In this document: piece by piece, positions 1 through 9,754 of the stretch
Position numbering within the stretch: the stretch's first letter is position 1
Layout of the letters: each line of letters begins with the position of its first letter
Source of the DNA: a virus
Virus record (IMG/VR): IMGVR_UViG_3300045988_105524
Strand: one strand, 5' to 3'
DNA length: 64,000 nucleotides
The notes under the pieces: model-generated
What the model was told of the DNA's origin: nothing
Database searches by the model: none
Seen by the model: the letters and a program-made list of their open reading frames with translations, nothing else
Position numbers and translations under genes: made by a program

Positions 1-148
1 GATATTATAACTATATTTGTTACTCTATAAAAATATATAATAACTTAACCCGCGTTTCGCGCGCAATTTTCAACACCTGCAGCGTCGTTGTAAACCATAA
101 CAATTAGCTAGTTTACATATACACTGTTTCTTTGCGCGTACGAAATTC

Positions 149-511
149 TTAATCGATACATACTTTTAGCATAGCGCCATTCATTTCATTGGAGTCGTAG
201 TATTTTTCAAGAATAGAGTACACTTTATAGTTTACAAGCTTATGAAAATTACATTTGTATATTCTACTTGACTTTACAATCTTTTTGTCTAAATCGATAA
301 GTACGTCTAACTCTACTTCAGCAATGTCGTCCTCTTCTAAGTATAGCGAATCATTGTCTTTTTCTTCACTGTAGTAACTATACATGACATTAGAGCATTT
401 GAATATCCCATGTAATGTACTATTATTTATATTTATAATATCTTTTAAATAAAATATTTCTCCAAATGTTGCTTCATCTTCGAGTAAGATGTTAAAATCT
501 TTGCTAATCAT
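149..511 (-). CDS. small acidic protein, member of tandem paralog family (x-L-x-G-I/F-F-x-C motif)
   Basis: Track ORF 149..613 trimmed to internal Met preceded by GAAGGAG RBS; shares the ..TLHGIFKCS.. motif with ORFs at 3815, 4591, 4905, 5709, 6266, 6690. Confidence 0.5.
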   Translation of the reverse strand: MISKDFNILLEDEATFGEIFYLKDIININNSTLHGIFKCSNVMYSYYSEEKDNDSLYLEEDDIAEVELDVLIDLDKKIVKSSRIYKCNFHKLVNYKVYSILEKYYDSNEMNGAMLKVCID

Positions 512-521
512 TTTTACTCCT

Positions 522-746
522 TCAGTTGTACTTCTTACCATCAATCTCAGTGATGAATCTAACAGGCACAACATTATAATTGTCATAATCTTCAAGACAA
601 ACACATAGCTCATTATTGTGATATGTGAAACTATCTACTTTGAGACTTTCTTTACAGGGAATTAGATAATCTACACCTGCATATTTAATTTCAGCATAAC
701 CTTTATCTGCGTATGCGTTTAATATTTCTTGTAATTTTTCAAACAT
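522..746 (-). CDS. hypothetical protein (74 aa)
   Basis: ORF track; start codon lies immediately downstream of A-repeat copy 1. Confidence 0.4.
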   Translation of the reverse strand: MFEKLQEILNAYADKGYAEIKYAGVDYLIPCKESLKVDSFTYHNNELCVCLEDYDNYNVVPVRFITEIDGKKYN

Positions 747-755
747 TGCATTTCT

Positions 756-780
756 CTCTTTTTATTTAGTTGTACTTCTT
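756..780. repeat. A-repeat (CTCTTTTTATTTAGTTGTACTTCTT) copy 1
   Basis: Exact 25-27 nt sequence recurring 7 times in window. Confidence 0.9.
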
Positions 781-844
781 AATCAGATTTAATCTCTGAC
801 CATAAGTTTTAAATTTAACGGTAAAATATATTACGTAAACATAA

Positions 845-895
845 AAAGCTCTCAGAAGTCAATCTCGTACGTCTGAGATATATCTGAGAGCTATG
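845..895. repeat. B-repeat (palindromic AGCTCTCAGA...TCTGAGAGCT element, T-run after) copy
   Basis: 10-bp outer inverted repeat with conserved internal sequence; family recurs ~10x. Confidence 0.8.
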
Positions 896-917
896 TTTAT
901 CGTAAATTCTTATGTAC

Positions 918-943
918 ACTCTTTTTATTTAGTTGTACTTCTT
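918..943. repeat. A-repeat copy 2
   Basis: Exact match to the 25-nt core. Confidence 0.9.
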
Positions 944-960
944 TACAAAAAAAAAGACGC

Positions 961-1000
961 TCTCTTAAGCTGAGCGCCTTCTTAACTGCGATATGTAAAT
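961..1000 (-). terminator. intrinsic terminator (GGCGCTCAGCTTAAGAGAGCGTC hairpin + T9 on minus strand)
   Basis: GC-rich hairpin followed by T-run read on minus strand. Confidence 0.6.
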
Positions 1001-1161
1001 CTTTAATCAAAATATTTTAGTAAAAGGAACATATTTTTGCAGCGTATAAATTCTACGATACGTAAATCTTGATTCAAAACTTATAGAGAAAAGGAACGTA
1101 TTTTTGTAGAATATAGTTGTATTGTAACACAAAACATCGCGTTTGTAAACAACTTTTAAAA

Positions 1162-1296
1162 TTAAAATTCAGCGTAAGTAAAATCTGACGTCCTTAACAT
1201 AAAGCCAAAAATACCAAATGCATATAATAGTGCAAAACTAACAAGTAGTCTAACACTCAGCGGTACTTTAGACATAAACTCTGTAATCTTTTTCAC
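1162..1296 (-). CDS. small hydrophobic peptide (~45 aa, GTG start)
   Basis: AAGGAG RBS 6 nt upstream of GTG; single predicted TM helix; not in ORF track (<60 aa). Confidence 0.25.
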   Translation of the reverse strand: MKKITEFMSKVPLSVRLLVSFALLYAFGIFGFMLRTSDFTYAEF

Positions 1297-1374
1297 CAAG
1301 TTCTCCTTTAACTTCTGAGAATAATTTTCGTCTTAAGCGGTAATTATTATTAAAAGAGCATAAAAGTTTACGAG

Positions 1375-1420
1375 AGACGATTCTGGTTCGTCTGGAGTAT
1401 ATCTCAGAGCACTTCTGTAA
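1375..1420. repeat. B-repeat copy (GATTCTGG/CCAGAATC variant)
   Basis: Sequence identity to other B copies. Confidence 0.8.
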
Positions 1421-1460
1421 TACTACTCACTGGAATAACATTATACGGATTCTTCTCACA

Positions 1461-1486
1461 CTCTTTTTATTTAGTTGTACTTCTTT
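1461..1486. repeat. A-repeat copy 3
   Basis: Exact match. Confidence 0.9.
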
Positions 1487-1724
1487 AGTCAAAATACACT
1501 TCAATAGGCGTATCAGTTGTAAATGATAAAACTAACTCACCATTTATAATAATTGCAGGCGCGCCAAACATCTGTTCATTAGGCACTTCAAATTTAGTGC
1601 CTGCTTTAATGTAGACAATATCGCCTTTAAGAAATAAACCATTCTCTTCTAGTACTTTTTCTGTGATGCTCTCATCTAAATCATTGATGCTGCAATACAC
1701 CACATCTCTTGCAAATCTAAGCAT
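1485..1724 (-). CDS. hypothetical protein (79 aa)
   Basis: ORF track; AAAGAGAGG RBS; preceded by A-repeat 4 and a B-repeat. Confidence 0.45.
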   Translation of the reverse strand: MLRFARDVVYCSINDLDESITEKVLEENGLFLKGDIVYIKAGTKFEVPNEQMFGAPAIIINGELVLSFTTDTPIEVYFD

Positions 1725-1811
1725 TATATTACCTCTCTTTAATCTTCTGCGTCAGATGCTACTTCTGACAATAAATTTTTAATTAGTGATAGTTTTTACG
1801 ATAAATATATG

Positions 1812-1866
1812 AAAAGCTCTCAGAAGTCAATCTCGTTCGTCTGGAGTATATCTCAGAGCTATATTT
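1812..1866. repeat. B-repeat copy
   Basis: Sequence identity to 845..895 copy. Confidence 0.8.
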
Positions 1867-1877
1867 AGCATCCTTTT

Positions 1878-1903
1878 CTCTTTTTATTTAGTTGTACTTC
1901 TTT
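1878..1903. repeat. A-repeat copy 4
   Basis: Exact match. Confidence 0.9.
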
Positions 1904-1989
1904 TTATATCTCTATTAGTTGAATAAGCCTCTACACCACGTCAAGGTTGAGATAATTAGTAGAGGTAGAGAGCGCAAAGCTCTCTTATT

Positions 1990-2973
1990 TTAAGCCCAAT
2001 CTTTCTTATACTCCTCTGTGTATATATAAGGCCAAGTACGCTTAGAGTATTCAAGCAATTCTGTAAGTCTATTCTCACACTCTTTCTGAATCTTTCTTAA
2101 AATACTACTGTCGTCTGAGCCTGCAAGTTCATCTTTGCTCTTCTGTAGATAATCGTCTGGTGTAGTCCAGTCGAGCACTTCCTTGTTTTCTTCATTAGGC
2201 TGGAATAGAGCGCTACCAAAGTTAGTCTTTGTTTCGTGAATGTAAAAATTACTCTTATTCTTGATATTGAATTTATCAGCCATAAAAGGATAAATCTCAC
2301 AAAGAGCTACATAAGTTCTTAGAGCAAGAATATACTCTTCATTAGGCTGTACTTGTAAGTCAAGTCTCTGGCCTAGGAATCTCATTAGCTCATTAAAATT
2401 CATTGTAGGGTATACAAAATGAAGAACTGTCTTTGGTGTGACTAACCTACAATCCTGATTAGAGATTTCGTGCGTATTCATCATATCACAATAGAGATTC
2501 ATTGCGTCGTCTACTAGCTTTAGGTATCTGTCTTTAAAACCAAGCTTTTCATAACTCTCAGGCATAGCAATATCGCATACATTCTGAGGATTGTCACCTG
2601 TGCACATAGCGCTTGCACTCCACTTATGGCGATACAAGTGAGTAGTTTCCTGATGGTGTATTCCATCAATACAGAGTACGAAGTTAATCATATCTCTAAA
2701 GCCAGGTAAGAAACCGTTATTATGCATAGCTCTATACAGAATCTTCATTTTATCTTCATCTGTTAGATTATAAACATCATATCTTCTATTTTCTACATCT
2801 CCTGTTCTTGACCAAGTTGCAAGCAGCGGTCCTACGCACATTTCAGCAAGTTGCTCTACAGTAGGGTAAGACTTAAATTCTACAGAGATAGGCTCAAGGT
2901 CGTTAGTAATTCTATACTCAGGTACTAGCTTATCCCATTTCTTAACTCTTTTATCTCTTACGTTAAATTCCAT
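1990..2973 (-). CDS. ThyX-like flavin-dependent thymidylate synthase family protein (tentative)
   Basis: 327 aa; ..YRHKWSAS.. resembles the ThyX RHR-x7-S signature; size fits the family. Confidence 0.4.
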   Translation of the reverse strand: MEFNVRDKRVKKWDKLVPEYRITNDLEPISVEFKSYPTVEQLAEMCVGPLLATWSRTGDVENRRYDVYNLTDEDKMKILYRAMHNNGFLPGFRDMINFVLCIDGIHHQETTHLYRHKWSASAMCTGDNPQNVCDIAMPESYEKLGFKDRYLKLVDDAMNLYCDMMNTHEISNQDCRLVTPKTVLHFVYPTMNFNELMRFLGQRLDLQVQPNEEYILALRTYVALCEIYPFMADKFNIKNKSNFYIHETKTNFGSALFQPNEENKEVLDWTTPDDYLQKSKDELAGSDDSSILRKIQKECENRLTELLEYSKRTWPYIYTEEYKKDWA

Positions 2974-2989
2974 TTAAACTTCCTTTCTT

Positions 2990-3157
2990 CTAATTTAAAT
3001 ATGCTTTGCATTGCATAACAATATTTTCTAGCGGTAAATGCTTATAGCAAATCATTTCTCTACTTAGAGAATCTTGCACTACAAAAATATTATCTTTTTC
3101 TATTATTATTGTATCATCTGGCAGTATGCCTATTAGCTCAATTAATTTTTCTAGCAT
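2990..3157 (-). CDS. small hypothetical protein (55 aa)
   Basis: AAGGAAG RBS; immediately downstream of A-repeat copy 5; not in ORF track. Confidence 0.25.
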   Translation of the reverse strand: MLEKLIELIGILPDDTIIIEKDNIFVVQDSLSREMICYKHLPLENIVMQCKAYLN

Positions 3158-3173
3158 TGTTTATGCGCTTCCT

Positions 3174-3199
3174 TTCTTTTTATTTAGTTGTACTTCTTT
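3174..3199. repeat. A-repeat copy 5 (one mismatch)
   Basis: TTCTTTTTATTTAGTTGTACTTCTTT. Confidence 0.85.
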
Positions 3200-3798
3200 C
3201 ACATCAATTTTGTAATCTCGCTTACCTGCGTATGCAGGCTTTCTGCTAAATCATCGATTAAGATTAAGAAGTTAAACCCTAATGAACTAACTAACAGAAT
3301 GTTAGAATCTTCAGTAGATTGCCAACATCTACGACATTCTTCTAACTGAGAATTTTCATTGATAAATTTTACTAGCTTAACGCTACATTGCGTAAAAATG
3401 TCAGAGTATTTAAAATTACTACTATACGACATCTTTTTACGCCAGCCAATAACGTTAAACCCATTTACAGAATCTTTACCAAACTCCATGTCTGTTTTGA
3501 GTAATAAATCTTTGTATTCACTGTTTAACAAATCAATCTTAGCAGTGTAAAAATTAATCAACTCATCTAGTGGATAACCTCTTTTGTCTTTGTCTATGTA
3601 AATTTTATTTAATGTTGCATCATATCTATTTGATGGTATATTTCCACAGAATATTTCTTCATTCCCATTAAATTCAAAAGCTGCGTACATATAGCAATCT
3701 TCGTTAATAAAGCTTCTATCGTCAGCAATTTGTACTCCGCCAATTGCATTTAGAAATGTGTTAAGTTGTTTAGTAAATTTGTCATTATCGTAAATCAT
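3199..3798 (-). CDS. hypothetical protein (~200 aa)
   Basis: Track ORF 3199..3897 trimmed to internal Met to avoid overlap with 3815..4219. Confidence 0.4.
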   Translation of the reverse strand: MIYDNDKFTKQLNTFLNAIGGVQIADDRSFINEDCYMYAAFEFNGNEEIFCGNIPSNRYDATLNKIYIDKDKRGYPLDELINFYTAKIDLLNSEYKDLLLKTDMEFGKDSVNGFNVIGWRKKMSYSSNFKYSDIFTQCSVKLVKFINENSQLEECRRCWQSTEDSNILLVSSLGFNFLILIDDLAESLHTQVSEITKLM

Positions 3799-3814
3799 AT
3801 TATTTATCTCTCTC

Positions 3815-4219
3815 TTATTTTGCACAAAAATCTTTAAGCACGTATGAAGCCTGTAGAGGCTCACTGAATTTTTCGTGTGAATCAAAGCGTCTTTCAATAT
3901 GCTTTACTATCTTTTCGTGCATTTCATCAATATTTAAGTTTAAGTTAATTATTCTGCAACTAACTAAGTTAAAATGTATTACAGACTTATAATCAAGTCC
4001 TACTTTAGCGCTTATTTTTATGTCTAATATACCTGAAAGCTGCTTTTCTCTACCGTTATCGTCTCTATAAGTACCCTTGTAATGATAACCGCTACATCTA
4101 AATATGCCATTTAACAAATTGTCTTGCACGTCATTTACAGCGATTAATCTAAAATCATTTTCTGGTATATGATTATAGTCACAATATAGCTTAACATCAT
4201 ATTCTCTATATACTTTCAT
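3815..4219 (-). CDS. small acidic protein, tandem paralog family
   Basis: LLNGIFRCSG motif shared with family. Confidence 0.5.
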   Translation of the reverse strand: MKVYREYDVKLYCDYNHIPENDFRLIAVNDVQDNLLNGIFRCSGYHYKGTYRDDNGREKQLSGILDIKISAKVGLDYKSVIHFNLVSCRIINLNLNIDEMHEKIVKHIERRFDSHEKFSEPLQASYVLKDFCAK

Positions 4220-4234
4220 AATTTCTCTTTCTCT

Positions 4235-4600
4235 CTACCAAATTTCAAAATCATACTTAAGTTTAATCTTCTGTTTCTTTTCTTTGAATTTATCTACGTT
4301 TTCTTCGCAATAAGCATTCCAGTTATCGCGCAGTGCGTCTTTAAACTCGCTCATATAATCAAATTTCTCGTTGTCAAGCGCGAACTTATTCTCATTTCTC
4401 GTAATAAACGAAAGAGTAGACTCTGCTCGTACTGCGTTTTCACAACCACATCTTGCGTATCTACCGTTGTCAAATTCCCATACAAGTGGTTTAACTTTAC
4501 AAACAGGACAAACTTTCCATTCTTCAGGTTTTTCTACGGGCTTGTAAAAATCATCACAGTTATAAAATTTTGTACCTTGCTCATATACTTCTATAAGCAT
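4235..4600 (-). CDS. small Zn-ribbon protein (CxxC...CxC)
   Basis: 121 aa with CPVCK...CGCEN cysteine pairs. Confidence 0.45.
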   Translation of the reverse strand: MLIEVYEQGTKFYNCDDFYKPVEKPEEWKVCPVCKVKPLVWEFDNGRYARCGCENAVRAESTLSFITRNENKFALDNEKFDYMSEFKDALRDNWNAYCEENVDKFKEKKQKIKLKYDFEIW

Positions 4601-4914
4601 TCATTGCTCTCCTTTGTTTTAATTTCAACTTTAAACTCTAGATGTTGATAAGTGTCTGAGTTATATCTATCTTCAATACTTTCAAAAAGCTCTTCATCGC
4701 TTGCTTCTAAAAAATGATAGTGTATTAATCTTTTATCTTTTAGATTTAGCACTGCAAACATTTTTACAGTTACTAAGCTATTAGATATTTTAACGCTGTC
4801 ACATACAAAAGTGGCATATATCACATCATTTCTGACGTAATCGACATTGTCAAGATAGTACTTCTCGTCAGGCGCTTCTGTCTGATACAAATAAATATTT
4901 TTCTTCACATACAT
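4591..4914 (-). CDS. small acidic protein, tandem paralog family
   Basis: ATFVCDS motif; same size and charge pattern. Confidence 0.45.
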   Translation of the reverse strand: MYVKKNIYLYQTEAPDEKYYLDNVDYVRNDVIYATFVCDSVKISNSLVTVKMFAVLNLKDKRLIHYHFLEASDEELFESIEDRYNSDTYQHLEFKVEIKTKESNECL

Positions 4915-5303
4915 AGTCTATCCTTAAACTCAACTTCGAGTACTGTAAAATCGCCAGAACGTGAGTAATCTTCTTCAATTACAGAAGCTAGTTCATCGAA
5001 TACTTCGTCACTATCGACAGCAGCTGATATGTCGCTAATGTTTAGCTTATAAACAGAATAATCAACAAGTTCAGGAGTGTCTTCAAAATCAATTTCTGCT
5101 TTAAGGGTTATGTCTACACCATAACCTGCTACTTCTATGTCGCACTCTTCAAGATAATACTCTTGTGTTCGTAAGTTTTCACATCTAAATAACGCTGTGA
5201 GTATTTTGTTGCTGGTGTCATAATCACAAATTTCTATTAATTTAAACGTGTCTTCAGTGTCACAATCAATGATGTAAATTTCTCTTTCAATGTTTAATTT
5301 CAC
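4905..5303 (-). CDS. small acidic protein, tandem paralog family
   Basis: ILTALFRCEN motif. Confidence 0.5.
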   Translation of the reverse strand: MKLNIEREIYIIDCDTEDTFKLIEICDYDTSNKILTALFRCENLRTQEYYLEECDIEVAGYGVDITLKAEIDFEDTPELVDYSVYKLNISDISAAVDSDEVFDELASVIEEDYSRSGDFTVLEVEFKDRLCM

Positions 5304-5367
5304 TTATTCGACCTCTCTACTTAGAATCTAACAACTCTTAAAGGAGTTTTATATTTCTGCGCTAACT

Positions 5368-5688
5368 TTATGCCGTTTGCAGTACCTCTAGATTTCCCAT
5401 CCCAGAAAACAACACAACCGTTATTTTCTGTAATTTTGAGATGTACTCAAACATCTCAATATTTCTTAGAATTCCTGCTTTTTTACCGTATCTATTCCAA
5501 TCAGGAAGAAATACTTTTGTTTTATAATTTCTATCTTTTGCATACTTATTTGCAAGAGAATCAGCACCTCTAGCGCCGCCGTGAATGATTAGAACTTCTT
5601 TACGTCCTTGTAAGTAAAAGTCTAGTTTATCATAAAGCAGTGAAGCATCGTTAAAAGTTCTCGAACCTACAACTAAAAGTATAAACAA
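5368..5688 (-). CDS. SLOG/DUF2493-like Rossmann-fold protein
   Basis: 106 aa with GGARGADSLA motif typical of the phage SLOG (YspA-like) family. Confidence 0.4.
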   Translation of the reverse strand: MFILLVVGSRTFNDASLLYDKLDFYLQGRKEVLIIHGGARGADSLANKYAKDRNYKTKVFLPDWNRYGKKAGILRNIEMFEYISKLQKITVVLFSGMGNLEVLQTA

Positions 5689-5708
5689 AATATTCTACTC
5701 CTTAACTA

Positions 5709-6110
5709 TTACTTTTCAATTACTTTAACATCACCATAACTAGCGGTATCATCATAAGAGTCAATATCACTTGTGTCATAATAATCTCTATTGCTTTCTT
5801 CTATCATATCATACACGTCTTGTTCTAGCATATCTGTATTTGCACAGCTCATATCACGTATTCTGAATTTAATTAACTTTACTTGTAATATCTTTTGTTT
5901 TGTAAGGTCAATTTTTGCTTGTATATCTACAACAATACTTACCTTAATCTCGACTTCGTCATCTTTGTAATCAGTAAAATACTCAGAATAAAGCTTCTTT
6001 AACTCAAATATTCCAGTTAGTGTGTCATTTTCTACATTTAGTACTTCTACTAAATTAAATTTATCACCGTAGTTTATGTCGCTAAAACTAATATCAAATT
6101 TTCTTGCCAT
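5709..6110 (-). CDS. small acidic protein, tandem paralog family
   Basis: TLTGIFELK motif. Confidence 0.5.
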   Translation of the reverse strand: MARKFDISFSDINYGDKFNLVEVLNVENDTLTGIFELKKLYSEYFTDYKDDEVEIKVSIVVDIQAKIDLTKQKILQVKLIKFRIRDMSCANTDMLEQDVYDMIEESNRDYYDTSDIDSYDDTASYGDVKVIEK

Positions 6111-6140
6111 TGTTTATCTTTCTCCATTTTTATTTATATA

Positions 6141-6260
6141 CGTTTCTCAGATGTATCTCAGACGAACCAGAATCGTCTCTCGTAAACTTTAGCATACTTG
6201 TCGTATAAACTATTATAAAATATAAAAGTCTCTTAGAAATGATTCTGGTATCTCTGGTTA
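6141..6260. repeat. B-repeat copy plus partial inverted copy
   Basis: CTCAGATGTATCTCAGACGAACCAGAATCGTCTCTCGTAAAC and GATTCTGGTATCTCTGG. Confidence 0.7.
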
Positions 6261-6265
6261 ATACT

Positions 6266-6658
6266 TTAAATACAGAAGTCTTTTTCTGTTAAGACTACGT
6301 CAAACACAACACTATTGATTTCACCATATTCATAATATATCTCTAAAGTGTCAGCAATATATTCTTCTGTTTCAGGTGTATCAATGTTTATGTTACGAAT
6401 ATTATAGCTAGCTAACTGATTATTTTTTACATTATTCTTATCAAGCTCAACAGTTGCAAGAACTCTGATTGTTACTGCGCCGATTAAATCAGTTGAATCT
6501 AAATCATCTTCGTAGTACATAGAAAAATCATCAAGTTTGCATTCGAAAACTCCTCTTAGTTCATTATCTTGCAAACTAATAATTTCGACGAGTTCAAAGC
6601 TATTTTCAACGTCTTCTCTGTCAATAAGTTCTAATTCAAACTTTCTCTTTATTTCCAT
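6266..6658 (-). CDS. small acidic protein, tandem paralog family
   Basis: ELRGVFECK motif. Confidence 0.5.
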   Translation of the reverse strand: MEIKRKFELELIDREDVENSFELVEIISLQDNELRGVFECKLDDFSMYYEDDLDSTDLIGAVTIRVLATVELDKNNVKNNQLASYNIRNINIDTPETEEYIADTLEIYYEYGEINSVVFDVVLTEKDFCI

Positions 6659-6689
6659 TTTTATACTCCTTGTAATGTATAATTATACA

Positions 6690-7058
6690 TTACATAAATT
6701 TAAAATCTTTAGTTTCGATTATGACATCAAAGTCAATCTCATCCTTATTAAAATAATCGTTGAATAGATTAAATACTGCATCATAATCTGGTACATTCAA
6801 CTCACTACTACCGATAAAAGCTAGATTGTATTTTATTACTTTTCTTTTCTCTAAATCAATATCGCACTCAAAAATCATTTTAGTAATTCCAGTTAAATAA
6901 GTACCTTCATATTTAAGCATATAATTGTCTACTTTAACATCTTTACAACCAAACGCAGCTTTTAGTATGTTATCTGAATAATCATGTATACCAATAATGT
7001 TATATATTTCATCAGGCTTACTTATTAGCTTGATGTCAACTTCACTATATAATTTCAT
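6690..7058 (-). CDS. small acidic protein, tandem paralog family
   Basis: ILKAAFGCKD motif. Confidence 0.5.
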   Translation of the reverse strand: MKLYSEVDIKLISKPDEIYNIIGIHDYSDNILKAAFGCKDVKVDNYMLKYEGTYLTGITKMIFECDIDLEKRKVIKYNLAFIGSSELNVPDYDAVFNLFNDYFNKDEIDFDVIIETKDFKFM

Positions 7059-7093
7059 TTACACTCCTTAAAAATAAGAGTAGAGCTTTAACT

Positions 7094-7732
7094 CTACCCT
7101 ACCAAATTACAATAGTATTTAACTTTTGCAAATACATCGCGGTGTTCGTATAAATCTACTGAGCATCGAACTCCTGGAAGAGCTCTACAACGAAAACTTA
7201 ACTTTTTATTTAAGTAGTCATACATAATACTATTCATATTTTCAGTGTCTTTAAATTCTATATAGTCTATGTTTGAACCTAAGTAGCGTATCTTGTAAAC
7301 CAAATCAGTAGGTACAGATACGCGGTCATACAGTTCGTATAAAGCACGCTCTCTTTTAATAAGCATTACATCTTCTTTAGTGATGAATCTTAAAAAATGA
7401 TTAGCTCGATTAAATAGCTTTCTACTACCTAAATCAGAATTAAACTGCTTAAGCAGATTACGTGTATGCTTGAGTCTAAACTCATACTGCGTCTTTTTAC
7501 CAATCTGTCTTGATACTACTCTTACTACATCATCAAAGCCGTATGCGTTTAAAAGACTTTCAAGCTGATACTTGATGTCTACGTCTTTATGATATACGAA
7601 CTTGTTTTCTTTTGCTTTAATCTCGTTCTCTAGTTCTTTTAGCTCATTCTGTAGTTGTTGCTGTCTCTCAATAAGCTCATAGATGTTATCATTATTCATA
7701 TTTATCACCTCTTTATGTAAATATTGTAACAT
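7094..7732 (-). CDS. hypothetical protein with N-terminal coiled coil (212 aa)
   Basis: ORF track; promoter and RBS upstream. Confidence 0.5.
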   Translation of the reverse strand: MLQYLHKEVINMNNDNIYELIERQQQLQNELKELENEIKAKENKFVYHKDVDIKYQLESLLNAYGFDDVVRVVSRQIGKKTQYEFRLKHTRNLLKQFNSDLGSRKLFNRANHFLRFITKEDVMLIKRERALYELYDRVSVPTDLVYKIRYLGSNIDYIEFKDTENMNSIMYDYLNKKLSFRCRALPGVRCSVDLYEHRDVFAKVKYYCNLVG

Positions 7733-7753
7733 AGCTTAAAGTAAATGTAAACA
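7723..7753 (-). promoter_or_regulatory. sigma70-like promoter TTTACA-N17-TACAAT
   Basis: Read on minus strand; preceded by hairpin+T-run terminator at ~7755..7790. Confidence 0.6.
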
Positions 7754-7774
7754 ACAAAAAGCAAGTCTCAGATT

Positions 7775-9742
7775 TTACTCTGAGACAAACTTTCTAATAT
7801 TAACGCCTTGTGTTAGTCGATTTTTAGTTATGCTATACTGACTAGTATTAAACATCTGACCGTTTACTTCAAATATTTCATCGTCGTCTACAAGGCGTAC
7901 ATCAACCGCGTCAGGTCTAATTCCTTTTGACATTAATCTTCTTGAATTATCAAAACCATCAAGAGGAATTCTTGCAACTTTCTTATCGTAAACAATAAAT
8001 AATGTTTTTGACTTAGTTTCTTTAGTTAGAGGAATCTTAGCAATAATCTGCTCACCCATTTCTAATTCCTTGAATTTAACTAAACCACCTTCAAATTCGT
8101 GCGCGATATTAGGTTTAATCTTATGCACAAATATTTTAAAACATCTTCCTTTATTAGTGAATAGAAGAATACTATCTCTATTGTCAACAACAAGCTTTTC
8201 ATAGTGGTCTGGCGTTTTAGCTCTACTCTCACCATTTACTCTTCTAATATCCTTGCCAATGAATAGAGTAGATGTACCATCTATCTTAACTTCTTTCTTT
8301 TCTTTCGCTAAAGGCTTAACTTCTTCCCATTCAGTCAAAATCTCTGTTTTTCTTGGGATGCTGTATGTATCTCTAACTCTGTTTAAGTCATCAATCATTA
8401 CGTCAATAGACTTTGTTTTCTTAAGCTTTTTGATAGATTTTTCAAGCTCTGTAATTTCTTTTGTACGATTAAGCACATACTCTTCATTAAAGTTTCTTAG
8501 CTTAATATTAGCGACATACTCAGCTTGAATATCATCAATAGAGAATTCATTCATTAAGCCAGAGATTACTTCATCATCACTCTTACTACTTTTAACAATC
8601 TCTACAGCTTTATCAATATTCAGTAGAATCTGAGCTAAGCCTTTAAGTAAATGTAGCTTATCTTCTTTTTCAGCAATTTCAAAATTTATTTCATCTTGTA
8701 CCCAAGCTTTTCTATGCTCTATCCACTTATCTATAATTTCATACACACCCATTTTAGCAGGTCTGTTGTTATAAACTAGCGTCATATTACAAGAGAATGT
8801 ACTCTGAAGAGGAGTTAGTAAATAAAGCTTATTTATAAGAGCTTTTACGTCTGCACTTCTCTTATGCTCAATAGACACTCTGAAGCCATCAATACCAATT
8901 TCGTCTTTTACGTCAAGAATCTCAGGAAACTGTCCTTTATCATAACATTTTTGAATAGAGTCAATTATACTCTCAGCAGTTGTATTATAAGGAATTTCGT
9001 CTACATTAATAACGTTATTCTCTTTATCGATACTAAGCTTTGCTCTAAGAGTTACTTTACCTGAACCATTCTCAAATATATCTGCAACGTCTTCATCTTT
9101 ATATAGAACATAAGCTCCAGTAGAAAAATCTGGTACAGGCATAATTTCACGAATATTCTTATTTCCATTCAGCACTGCTATACAAGCATCGCATAACTCA
9201 GCTAGATTAAAAGAAGGAAAATCGCAAGCAAAACCAATACCAATACCTGACTGAGGGTTTGCAAGTATATTAGGAAAAGGCATAGAGAGTAAAACAGGTT
9301 CTTTCATCGTACCGTCGTAATTGTCAACCATATTTTCTGGGTGCATATACAGCTTGTCCATCATTTCGTGACAAATTGGTGCAAGTGACATTTCAGTATA
9401 TCTTTCAGCAGCAGGTTCCATTGAAGAAGAGTAAACCTTACCAAAAGAACCTTTACCATTTATAAAAGGTGTTAGTAGTGTTTCATTCTCTCTTGTCATT
9501 CTTACAAGTGAACCATAAAGCGTACTATGAGGGTGTATCTTCATTACCTGACCTGTAATATTAGCGCTTTTTGCTAGCTTATTAAAAAGGTTCATAGTTT
9601 TCATAGTATACAACCCTTTTCTCTGAGATGGCTTAAAACCATCTTCAAGAATAGGCAATGCTCTGTTAGTAATTACTTCTAAGCTCATTATCATCATATT
9701 ATCTCTGATGCTTGAACCTACTTCAGTATTTGTAATTTGCAT
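7775..9742 (-). CDS. type II DNA topoisomerase, GyrA/ParC-like breakage-reunion subunit
   Basis: 655 aa; GyrA N-terminal domain-like sequence; adjacent to GyrB-like gene. Confidence 0.7.
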   Translation of the reverse strand: MQITNTEVGSSIRDNMMIMSLEVITNRALPILEDGFKPSQRKGLYTMKTMNLFNKLAKSANITGQVMKIHPHSTLYGSLVRMTRENETLLTPFINGKGSFGKVYSSSMEPAAERYTEMSLAPICHEMMDKLYMHPENMVDNYDGTMKEPVLLSMPFPNILANPQSGIGIGFACDFPSFNLAELCDACIAVLNGNKNIREIMPVPDFSTGAYVLYKDEDVADIFENGSGKVTLRAKLSIDKENNVINVDEIPYNTTAESIIDSIQKCYDKGQFPEILDVKDEIGIDGFRVSIEHKRSADVKALINKLYLLTPLQSTFSCNMTLVYNNRPAKMGVYEIIDKWIEHRKAWVQDEINFEIAEKEDKLHLLKGLAQILLNIDKAVEIVKSSKSDDEVISGLMNEFSIDDIQAEYVANIKLRNFNEEYVLNRTKEITELEKSIKKLKKTKSIDVMIDDLNRVRDTYSIPRKTEILTEWEEVKPLAKEKKEVKIDGTSTLFIGKDIRRVNGESRAKTPDHYEKLVVDNRDSILLFTNKGRCFKIFVHKIKPNIAHEFEGGLVKFKELEMGEQIIAKIPLTKETKSKTLFIVYDKKVARIPLDGFDNSRRLMSKGIRPDAVDVRLVDDDEIFEVNGQMFNTSQYSITKNRLTQGVNIRKFVSE

Positions 9743-9754
9743 TATTCTCCTCCT

